Of a stretch of DNA of 64,000 nucleotides, positions 40,143 through 51,895 are shown piece by piece; within the stretch, counting starts at the first letter, position 1, and the number at the start of each line of letters is the position of its first letter. The position numbers and the translations under genes were made by a program. The notes beneath the pieces were generated by a model. That model made no database searches. It was not told the origin of the DNA and saw only the letters and a list, made by a program, of their open reading frames with translations. The stretch is from Isurus oxyrinchus. Lineage: Eukaryota. The stretch is from NCBI GenBank assembly GCA_026770705.1, contig JANJGN010000034.1, positions 4,402,001 through 4,466,000 on the forward strand, written 5' to 3'.

Positions 40143-42479
40143 CTTAGCACCGGACGATTAGGGTTGTGTTGGAATTGTAACATAGACCATTCAGGTAGTC
40201 TGTGAGTAATATTGATAGAGCTGTTGTGAAGTTTAGGGAAAATTCAATAATTCATACTGATCACAGCTGATACAATAGAAACAGATCAGAGCTGGGTACC
40301 ACTTAAAACAGCCATCATAAGTGCAAGTCAAATGTTGAGGTTAATGGAGCAGACAGTGTGCGGGAGAGATAGGTGACGGATCATCTTCAAAAAGCACCTT
40401 TACCAATGATAAATGTTAGTCGTCCCTGTCTCATGAACAGTAGAGAAGACGACGCTGGATTATTGGGTCAGAAGAAAATATAGCAGGAGTAGACCATGCA
40501 AACCAGGGAACTGGCTGCAATCTTCAACAAAACACTGGATGATCTGTTTATAAGCATGGCATCACTTTCCGTCACCTCGACTTTATTTTTTGAAACCATG
40601 GCATAATAAAGTGTGGGTATGAAAAGGCTTTAAATTTATTAAATAACAGCATCTTTGCGCTTTGTGCAGGATTTTTACATGGACCTCTGAACATCTGGGG
40701 GACGACATACATCCTAATATCAGCATTACTTGTGAAAAGAATTATCCTTGCGACCTGATAACCATCTGCCATGACCTCAGTTGGAGGTTCGACCTCTTCC
40801 AACCGTATGAAATATAATAAAGTCGCATTACTGGAGGGAAAGTGGCATGTTAGGGATCAAATCTTAGATATTTGTTTATTTAGGTACAGTCAAGGAAACT
40901 TAGGAATAAGTCTTTGTTTCATCAATAATAAACCAGGTAAAGCATCTATTCTGTGGGGTTCTTCTTTTGAGCTATCCAATTCAATTAAATATAGTAGCAA
41001 AAAACTAAAGAACATTCCTAGCGCTTTGCAAAAATATTATATGCCCGAATGAATATCAGTGGAAAAAATAGATATATTGTTAAAACCCCAACGTTCCAAT
41101 CAGGAAGATAGCGGTTTCCAAACTGGGCTGTTCGCTTCCACATTGCAACGCTGACAATACCTGTAAATTTACTATAAGAGTGGAAAGAGCTTCTGGAGTC
41201 TGCGGGGAGAGAACATCAGTACGGAAATGAAAGTGTTATTTGAATTCTTTTCCACAATTTTCAGAAGTGCCAGAGATATGTGGGGAGCGATCTTCTAAAA
41301 TGAAAGAGAGACGTCTTCTATGTTAAATGTGGAAAGCGTGAAGTACAAGTTTAGAACTGAATTGGGATAAAGGTGCTAATTTTGATACTCTGTGACGCAG
41401 AACTCAAGGCATGCAAGCGATCTTTGAAAGATCTGGGTAAGTTAGAACTGTCCAAGGATTTCTTCGGCATACCCAATTGTTCTTTAAGTGGATTACAGCT
41501 AAAGAGATGTTTCAAAGGTCAGGTATATTCAAAAGAGAGTTAGAGCACATTTTCCTTAATAGTTTGCTGCAAATATAGCCTCGAACACACCGTATGTACT
41601 TAGCATTAAGTTATGTGTACACATGAGCTATTTTTAATATTCCACGGGTTGTGCGCTTCCCTGGCAAGATCGACTTTTATTTTCCTGTTCGCCCAAAAGC
41701 TGTCTTGGGAAGACAATTTGTATCATGTCATAGAGTATGATAAAAAGGGCAAACTCAAGTCGCCCAAGTAGCTTGTGCCGTCATCTAACCACATGAATGA
41801 AGCACAACGTGGTAAAATACAAACAGCAGAAAATGTAACTCCTCCAACTTTCACTGAAATTATGGATGAGCTAGGGTCAACTATACCTAATGGCTTGGTC
41901 AAGTCAAACTTATCAAGTCATGGAACAAAAGGAGTGGCAAAAAAAAAAAAATCGCTGCCTCGGTTTTGAAATAGTGCACTCATGTCGGGGTTCAACAGAA
42001 GCTGTGAGGAAATATTCATGTTCCCGATATAATTACTGAGGTACCTTGCATTATCTCTCCAGTGGAAGCACTAAACACGTTCTATACAAGTAATTTGACT
42101 GATATCTTTCAGTCTCGACGACGAGTGGAAATATTTCATGTCTACAAAAAATATTTATTTGTCTTGATCACGTAAATTGTAGCATCAGTTAACGTTCTCA
42201 ACTCAAATGTGCTCATACATCTTTTTTTTGGTGTTATTCACGTTGCATAATATAAAGCTAAGTTTACTGAATCAGCATTTCCTCACTTCCAATACAATTA
42301 AATACTTGACCAGATGCACTGCTCAAAACTGAATGGAGAACACTATATGCGGTGCAAACTATGCTTTCCTTAGCAAAAGCCTTCATTTGCAATATGTCAA
42401 GTTAAGCAAAGTGACTTACAAGTCCTCGGTCTTAACAGTAATACCTATCACTTAATGTAGTTATCATGCTATTCTGCAG

Positions 42480-42506
42480 AAAGAAGCAAGGGAGAAAAAC
42501 AGAATG
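42480..42506 (+). pseudogene. Candidate dead 27-nt exon (ERSKGEKQN), donor GT>AT
   Basis: gctattctgcag|AAAGAAGCAAGGGAGAAAAACAGAATG|ataaat. ER....K pattern as in ERNDAAKEE. Confidence 0.45.
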
Positions 42507-43249
42507 ATAAATGAATGTGACATTATTTGTTTCCAACGGCATTGGAGGTCTAGTGTGCACCATCTTACGTGAACATCTAGAAACGAGAAATCCCCGTAGT
42601 GCAGGGACGTTAGGTAAAAGAGTGCACGTTTTTTTTTGCTTTTGCACGTATGATGTAGTTGCATGCACACGTCAGTCAGATGTTCTAAGTTATGCAAGAA
42701 TACCACGATTTGACATAAACAGTGATATCCCCATGCGCTACTGAAGGCCTGATGTGTCTCTGCTTTCTGCAACTGACGTATAAGTTGTCGAAATTCTGTC
42801 GTTCAACTTTCATTTGGGCCGGAAATCTTTCAAAATAAAAATAGTAATTCCTCAATTCTGATAATCCATGTCTACTTAGCTTACATTGGATAATGTAAAT
42901 CTTCACAAGGAAAGTTAGCCCTTCAATGACATTGAAAGAATCCAGCCCTTGCTATGCCGCAAAGGCCCACTTAACAAGAAAAGTTGACAAGCCTTGAACA
43001 ATGATTTTACAAAGCTCTGAAAGCAGCAAAACAAAGGAAGAATAGTGGACCATGGGCATTTTCTTACATTGCCCTGTCGGCGAATTTGAAGGGCGGAAAG
43101 TGGGGGAAATGTAAAGGTTCAGAAATGACGTCCCGAGCACCATCCGCCCTCCCGGAACTCAGTGCAGTTATACTGTGGGGTGTGCAGTGCCAAGACATCA
43201 TACCAGCAATTGCCACTATTGACATAAATACTACTAAGCTTTGTATTTA

Positions 43250-44853
43250 TCAAAGCTAGGGTTGGGGGTCGCTGGATCGGCTGACATTTATTTCCCATCC
43301 TTAATTGACTTTGCGAAGTCAGTGGTGAAGTAAATACTTCAACAGTCCACGTGATACAGGCAAGAGCAGCATTCTTATGGATGCTGCTCCATGATTTCGA
43401 GACAGCGAAGAAGTAGCAGCGATAGATTTCCCGGTCAGGATGGTAAGTGGATTAGTGGGGGATTTCTTGCTGATGGTGTTCCCAACTGTTTGCTCCCCAT
43501 GTCCTTTTAGATGGTAGTGATTGTAGGATTGGAAGGTGCTGTCCAAGTATAATTGGTGCTTCTCTGCATATTCTGTTGTTAATATGCCAGAATGATATTG
43601 TTGTTAATTTGCACCAGTGGTGGACGGAGTGAATATTAGCAGATGATGTGCCAATCAAGCGGGCCGCTTTGTCTTGGGTGGCTTCAAGCTTTTTGAGTGT
43701 TGTTGGAGCTGGACTCATCCAGGCATGTGGAGAGTACATCATCAAAACTATGACTTTTAGCATATAGAATGTGGACAGGTTTTGGCTAGTCATAATGTGA
43801 GTTACACCACACGGGAGCCTAGCTTCTGACCAGCTCTTGTAGCCACAGTATTTAATTGGTTAATCCAGTTCAGAATCTGGAGAATGGTAAGCCCCAGGGT
43901 GTGACTTTTGGCGTTAAGCAATGGCTAAGCCATTGAAAGCCAACGGGAAGTAATTAAATTCTATCTTGTTAAATATAGTCATTTCCAGGTACTTGTGTTG
44001 CGCAAATCTTCTTTGTTGCTTGTCAAACCAACCTTGGATAGTGCGATTGTTTGCTGCATTTCAACATGGACTGTTTCAGTATCTGAGGAGTCACAAATGG
44101 TACGGAGCTTTGTGCAATTATTAATGCACTTCTCTACTCCTGACTTTATGATGGATGGAAACTAATTTATTTAGCAGCTGAAGATTGTTGGGTAGAGGAC
44201 ACAGCGCTGAAACCCCTGCAGTAATATGCAGGAATTCAGTCGACTGACTTCCAACCACCTCAACCAACTTTATTTTTGCCAGAAATCGCTCCAAATAGTG
44301 AAGAATTCCCCCACGCCCTCCGCCCCATCCCCCGAACGTCCCATCCCACCACTAAAACCCTCCCCACCCCGATTCCTGTTGCCACCATCTTTTCTGGGAC
44401 ATCTTTAGCCATATTGTGTTAAATACTGCCTAGGGCAGTAACTGTTACCTCACTGATGAGGATTCGCTGTGTTACCCATGTTTTAAGATGGACTGTAGAG
44501 ATGTTAGGAGATGAGTGACACTGTCACAACACAAGGTGTGCCTCAGTGAGCATGTTTCCGCATATCAAGGACCAGTTGATAGCTCCGCTGATGATCTCTT
44601 CCATCATTTTACTGATTTTCAAAAGAATACCGATTGTGCAGTAATTGGCCAGCTTGGATTTGTATGGTTTTTCATGCAGTGGACAGACGAAAGTGACTTT
44701 CCACATTCCCAGTAAGTGCCTACCTTGTAGCTGTAGTGGAACAGATTAGTTAATGGCAAGCAACTTTCGAATTATAAGTCTTCACTACGATTGCCTGAGT
44801 GTTATCAGCCACCATTGTCTTCGCAGTTTTCATTTTCCACTGCCGTTTCTTGA
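43250..44853 (-). mobile_element. Decayed L2-like LINE, cut off at the duplication breakpoint
   Basis: YSPHAWMSPAPTTLKKLEATQDKAARLIGTSSANIHSVHH; KSKLANYCTIGILLKISKMME. Confidence 0.85.
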
Positions 44854-47318
44854 CTATACAGATACCGAATCAGTCCTTTTCCAAACTTTCGAACAATCTC
44901 TTTTATATCCAGGCTTCAGCTGAAAAGTGCCAAGAAATATTCCCGCCACACAAGTGCCAAGCAATGACCATCTCCAAGAAGACCGATTGCAAGCATTGCA
45001 CTTTTATATTCAACGGCATCACCATTGCTGAATCATCCACTTTAAATATCCTGAGTGTGACCATTGAACAGAAACTGAATTGTACTAGCTATGTAAATGC
45101 TTTGGCCTCAAGAACATGCCGGGGGCTAAAAATCCTGACTTCGCAAAGACTGCCCACCATCTACAAAACACAAGTCAGGAGTTTGAAGGCTCGTTCGCCG
45201 CTTGCATGGATGATTGGAGCTCCAAGACCTTCAAGAAGATTAAGACATTCCAGGACACAGCATCCTGGTTCATTGGCACCCTCCAACAAATATTCGCTCG
45301 CTGCACCAGCGACGCACATTGGCAGCACTGTCTACCATCTAAAGGATGCACTGCATGAACTCAGCAAAACCATTTACACAGCGCTTGCCAAACTTACGAC
45401 CACTACTATGTAGAAAGAGAAGGACAGCAGACATATGGGAATATCACTACACCGAGAGTTCCAATCCAAGCCACTTACTTTTCTGACTTTGAAATCTTTC
45501 GCCATTCCTTCACTGTCACCGCAAGGAAATTGTGGAAATTCTTTCGCAACATGTTGACATATGAACGGTATGGAAGTGTGTTTTTCGTCACTATGTGAAC
45601 GTCACTGAATCAGCTTGGATTGCTGCAACACTCGGAAACACCATGTTCGAGTTTTCAAATGCTTGGTGCGCTTTTCTGGATGTAGTTGTGCCCATAGTTA
45701 AGTATTCACTACATACATTGTCGGGTTTCAAGTGTCCCTGATACGGCAGCCCAGCAAACCAGTCAATACTACTACATATTAAACCTTAGTAATTTCCCAA
45801 CAATGAAAGGACATTTTGGATGACATTAAATTATTTACACATAATGTATATCACGTTCACGAGGTTTGCAGAGTTATCAAAGACAAGCGTCCTCTTGCTA
45901 CCCCTTAGGGATTATATGCTTTCTTCCATGTACTATGTCAAAACCACGTGTAATCCTCTGGATTAGCAAGAACGCTAATTCTATCAATTCAAGGATACAC
46001 TTAGGCTAATGATATCCATTTACAATTTACAGTTCAGGTTGGTGACATAATGGGGAGATACTGCTACATCTCAAATCCCGAATATATTTTCATATCAATT
46101 GGGCACTGAACTTCATAGCTACGGATAACAATTGCTTCCCAGCCAATTACGTCTCCCAATTAGGCCTTTATCATAATCATAAAACCTGTGTTCATTTTAT
46201 GGCTATGAAGGACTGCCAACTATTGAAAAAATATTTTGTATGTAAACACAACTTCGCCTCTAACACAAAAGTTACCTGCAGATATCAATTATGGAACTGC
46301 AAACGGAATAAGCAGGAAATTTCGAACTCTTTGCAAGTGTGCATTTTCCACTTATTTTTCAATTTCATGGTGAGAAACACAAACAATAATTCATTGAATT
46401 ATAGAGGTAAGAAGTATAAGCTTTGATATAGCTTACTTCTCCTGGTACCTTGACAAATCTAGCCAATTATTTTCACGTCATGTATATTTTCCCACCGCAC
46501 CCACAGTTAAACTCGCCTTTGGAAGGTAGCAATTAATCTTCACCCACCATCCATTCTGATAGTAACTACAACGTGCGTTTTTTTTCCGAAAATTACTTTA
46601 AAAATTGGTCTACATAATCGGTACTTTCCTGTCATTAAAGAAAAAGACTTGCCCTATAGACAGGATCGAAATCTTACCAATTTTCAAAGCACTCACTATT
46701 CATTCATTAATCCATCTCACCCGGAGGATTGTGGTTTCAATATGTACCAAGACTGCGCCTCCCTCACAAAACAATTGCAACAATCCCACATAAGAAGATA
46801 GTTACTGTTGCCAATAACTCCCAAGAGACTTTCTGGGCTTAATATGATGCTCAATTATAGGAGCAAGAAATTGGACACAAATATCTAACTGAAGTCGACT
46901 AAATTGCCAAGAATTCATTGCCTTAACTGACTTGGTCTTGCCTCCGCGCCACTCATCGTCCAGGAACGGACCCTCCATGTTTCAAAAACATAATCAAATT
47001 TTCCTCACAAGATTTAAAAATTGTATTTTTAATCGCTGGGCTATGAAATCACTTTTGCCACTAGAAAATAGCTCCTTCATTTTATAGTTCCTCTTGCATG
47101 ATAATTTGAAGTCATTTTTCTATTCACTATTCAGCGTATTTCAATCCGGTGTCCATGTGTACTGATGCATTTACACTAATCTTAACTGCAATTTATCAGT
47201 GGCAAATTACTGACTTAGTTGTTATAGTGATTAGCTAACGGGGATGGGGATACATAGTCAGTTGGAATTCCAGCATCTGTATTTATTGGCACTGTTATCT
47301 AAATTCGCTTTATTTCAG

Positions 47319-47345
47319 AGAAGAAATTGATTCGTTGGCAATGTG
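47319..47345 (+). CDS. 27-nt phase-1 microexon (EKKLIRWQC)
   Basis: ctttatttcag|AGAAGAAATTGATTCGTTGGCAATGTG|gtaagt. Confidence 0.8.
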
Positions 47346-50300
47346 GTAAGTTACCAGCAAAATGCTTTATAAGAAAAAACGAAATAGAAGATGATTTATT
47401 TGGCTTTGTGAGTCGGGTCACCATACGCTTTGTACCTCTGTTCCACATTATCTCATTTTCCTTATAGGACCCTTTCCAAGAAAATATCCCGAGCCTTGAA
47501 TATAGTCAACAATGGACAATTCACAGGTCTCTCTGTAGATAATTTCAAAGAACCAACGAACTTTTTGCAAAATATGTCTAATGATTTCATTGTTAAATAT
47601 CATTGCACAATTCTAAAACAATTCCTCAATTATTTCAGTTCTCCTGACAGGGAGATGAGTTTCGAGCAATGTATAATATCAAGTTTCTTCAGAATTTTGC
47701 ATGCTTGGAATACATCAGCTCACATACTTCTGATCATCACGCCTTACAGGGCGTATCAACTGAAGTTTTTTTCCCCATCATAGGCTATTCACGTCTTAAG
47801 AGGAACCAATTTTGATGTATTCCGAGAAGGCAAAATGTCATAATGTCACTGGACTGGATAGCCAGAAACCAAGCTAAGGGGCTCCATACAACAGTCTAAA
47901 CAGCAGGACAGCTGCTGGTGAAATTTGGATTGAATAAATAATTCTAGACTCAAAACTGGATGCTGTAACAGTCACCAAGGCACCCGTGTGATGTTTGTAA
48001 ATTTCCATTGAGATCACTAATAAACCTTTGGTTGTTATGTCATTCCCAGCGATATAATATTGGCATTATCGAAGTTCTTGTAAATAAGTCTGAAGCCATT
48101 TGTTCATCATGTCAACTTGATGCGGAAATAAGATGCATCAAAGGCATCCTACAGGGTAATCACTACTGTAATCTTCTCATTTTGGTTTGTATTTGGGAAA
48201 TCTTTTCAACGGGGCGAAGGCCATCCATTCTGTCCCCTGAAATTGTCACAGCCTGTCTCAGATTGCGCTTGGACTGGAAATTATCTAAAAAAATTCGAAA
48301 GCCTTTCGTGTTGTTATTGCATGGTATCAACGTCGAACAGTTAGATCTTCAAATGCTTCAGCTGTTGCTCAAGTGTCGTTCTTTTTCCCTTTTGCTCCGT
48401 TTATGCCTCTATATCCCTTTAATAAATGACCGCACCATAAACAGTATCCATTTGCAACCAATCGGCAACAGAAAACCTCACAAGCTGGGGCGAAATGGCA
48501 ACCTAATTAATGATGACTGTAAACTGCTAACAAATCTCTCTGTCCATATGCTCTCATTAAGCCAGGAGCTTGGTCTTGCGCTCGGTTTCAATCTGGATGT
48601 GCCTTCTAACCAAATCAAATGGGAAGAGGTATCTGTTGAGTTCGAATCCTTTACTCCAAATTATCACGTCACAAAGCAACGTCCATGGGCCATAGCTGAT
48701 CTACCGCACGGGCATTGCCTTTACATTCAACATGACATCCTGAAAGCCTTGCGAGGCCAAAAAACCAAGGTGGAGTTGGAGAGTGTAATCCTGTCAAATG
48801 AATGATAATAGCAATTACAACAAGCATGACTATATGAGCAAAATAGACACCATTCGTAATGCTACTTCAAAATGCGTATCAATTGGACATGCCGCTCAAA
48901 ATGACCGGGCAGATTTACATTAATTAACGTGAAAAAAAAGTGATGAACAACTGTGTGATGCATATAAGAGTGCTCGGGCTCATGGCTCGCTACGTTTGTG
49001 TATGTCTGGGTGCCCAAGTCACGCAAAAATAATGGCTCTCTACACCCTGTCTCATCTAAGACTGGTTCTGCACAACATAATTGGCCAAATATCTGTGCGA
49101 ACTGGTAATAACCAGTTTTGCCCAAGTTTTCGCCAAACGCAGGGAAGGACACCTTCACACTTGCGGAGGCCATACTTGACTTCCCTCGTGATAGCAATGC
49201 TGCACTAATGTGCTTATGTGAAATTGTTAAGCTAGTCAACTTTGCTCTAAGGAAACCATTGATATAAGCGCTGCAGAACTATATCATACCAATCTGGACC
49301 AGCCACCATTTTATCAATCAGTATTCATTTAAATTATGTACTCAGCAAGTTGTGCTGGTGAGGTCTGTTTTAATGACACCATGGATGCACAAGTAGTTGG
49401 TTTTGCCGTGGGATCCCCTCTCGGCCCATCTGTTGCAAACGTCTTCAAAGGTTTCCATGAGGGTACTGTCCTTGATGGAATGACACAAATATCTCTAACC
49501 CTTGCTAATTACCGATATGTGGATGAATTGTTTGCTATACTTAAATCAAAAAATGTATGTAACAATTTAGTTAAGTACCTTAATTGTTTCCATCCTGCAT
49601 TCAAATTCACCTATGAAATTAAGCAGCCAAATGAAACCCCCTCCCAAATGCACACTTTGAGTAAGCTGCCACGGGATTCTCTTCAACGGTCTAACACTAC
49701 CCTGCCTTCCCTAGCCATTATAAACGTTGGCATTCTTACAGTTCCAAGCGCTAAAATATTGGTCTTATTTGCAACCTTGTAAACAGGGCCGAAGGTTTTT
49801 GGTCACTATGCAATCTTGATGTTCATAAATGATGCAACAAAGGCATCCTGCAGGACAAGTGCTGCGGTGATCAAATAATGTTGCCCTGTTTCTCACACAA
49901 ACTCACGAAATGGCCGAAGGCCATCACCTCCTGCCATCAAAAGCTCCCCGTCTACGTGAGGTTCCCTGGGAGAGAAATGTCTCTCAAAAATGTGAATAAT
50001 AGATTAAGGTCGCTGTTTCATGCAGTAGGAAGCTGAATGGTTTTCGCCACGAACAGGATATTGACGTGAAGGAAAATGACTTGCTGCCTATCACATCAAT
50101 GAGCAGTGTGGTATTTGATCCTCGGAGCCAGTGTGAGGATAGGTTTGCAGGCCGTACATCGCAAAGAATGGCAGATCGTATGGAACAATATGATCCAATT
50201 GTTTTTTTCAATGGGCAGGCTGCAGATGGTACACAGCCAACCCGTGCTTGCAAATCCCAAAAAAGGCTGTCTTACGTCAGTTGTGATTCCGCAATTGGAA

Positions 50301-50871
50301 ATCATCTGCTAGATATTACTCCATGTGATAAGAATTATGCAAAGAGCCAATGCAAGATTGTCAGTCAGGCTCGCAGTCTGGAGCATTTGCATGTCCATAA
50401 GTTATATATATTAGTACACAGGCCCCTGTTCTTTGTATACAGAAAGTGCACGTACATATATTGCATATTTTTTTGCTCGAAAAAAATAAGAACCTGGCAT
50501 TAAAATACTCATTCCTTAGAGAAATGCTTTGACAAAGAAGGGTTAACATTTCAAAATATCCTTGGCGGTTTACTGTGAGCAACCCTTAGTGGTGCATTCT
50601 CCATGGCACTGCGACTTGCCAACCATTCAACACTTTCTTCACATATAGTGGAAATTGTTGAATTTTCCCTAATACCGGCATAATTGTGAGGGTCCTGACG
50701 AGTGCAAGACAAACCGCTTAGACTCGTCTCTTTTATCAGCAACACTCAATGAAGTGCATCACGCCGTTTGCTTTCACTATGGCTTTGGTGTCTTTTAGCA
50801 CGACTGTTAGATAGGCTATTATTCAGATATGCTTTTGAAAGAAACGTGTTTAAATTTTTGCTGGTTGGGAA

Positions 50872-50907
50872 AACTCAAAACTTGCAAAGTTACATTAAAC
50901 GACTTAA
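50872..50907 (+). pseudogene. Fossil 36-nt exon (ELKTCKVTLNDL), acceptor lost, GC donor
   Basis: ggttgggaa|AACTCAAAACTTGCAAAGTTACATTAAACGACTTAA|gcaaga. Still open and in register with ELNICKTALKVL. Confidence 0.65.
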
Positions 50908-51868
50908 GCAAGAAAATGAGACGCTGTCTGTTTAAAACTCCTCTGGAGTAATGGTCCATTCAGACAGAAATAACACAGCAGTTTTTCAAGGCTCCTTAAT
51001 CTGGGTGTAACAAAAGAACAATAACCTTTCTTTTCCTGGTTACATTTCATTACAAGCCTTGTTCTAGCGTCAATAGATCGTACTTCACAAAGAATTGAGT
51101 TCCTAAATAGAACCGAAAATCCGTCGTGGAGAATGGATAGCTCTAACCCATGGCACGTGTTTTGCAGAAAACATGTTTCTTCCCAAAAGTATGATTTGGA
51201 AAATTAAAGGATATGAATAAAACTGAATTTAGCTGTTCCTTCCTTCCTTCTGTATTGGGTTGTCTGCATCTACCTCTCTTATGACAAAACGATGATGCAT
51301 CCACAAATCAAGTGTCACCCACAACCTGTCCGCCCCAACACACCAAAGGAAAAGATTAAAGAGCTAACTTTTGAATTTTATCAGTTAGCATTTGCATCAA
51401 AAGCGTTTGGGATAGAGTTCCTGGTTCATTTACGTGAGAACGTAATTTATTGACTTCATGCAAAAAAGTTTTTTACTAGCACATAAATTCATTGCTTCTT
51501 TTGCTGCCTTGTAGCTCCAGAAAAGCTTGACCATCTAATCGTTCAGATACTATCTTCCTCATGAAATCCTGACTTCGATTAGCGTTCTCTGCACAAGCGA
51601 ATCCAGGCCTTGTCTATAGAAAGGTTGTACATAATGTAATTCTTCGCCAGAGTTTCATTGTGCTTAATCAGAATTGCAGAATTCCAAGATCACTGCATCC
51701 TTAATAAAATGCATTTGCCAAAAATGAATGCAGTATTCTACAAGATCACTTCATTCCAAGTGTATAACCATCAAGAGCTAAAATGCAATGACAAATAAGT
51801 TTGCATGCCATATCTCATGCCAGACAAGTACATTTCCTCTATCTATTTTGAATGCCTTTTTTTTACAG

Positions 51869-51895
51869 GTGAAAAGTTGGAATCAAAAGAAGACG
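51869..51895 (+). CDS. 27-nt phase-1 microexon (GEKLESKED)
   Basis: ccttttttttacag|GTGAAAAGTTGGAATCAAAAGAAGACG|gtatgt. Confidence 0.85.

Noticed and set aside
48008-48805. Longest ORF (265 aa), also 44799-45413 (204 aa)
   Set aside because: Mixed-frame Penelope and L2 remnants; the paralogous copies are interrupted by stops.
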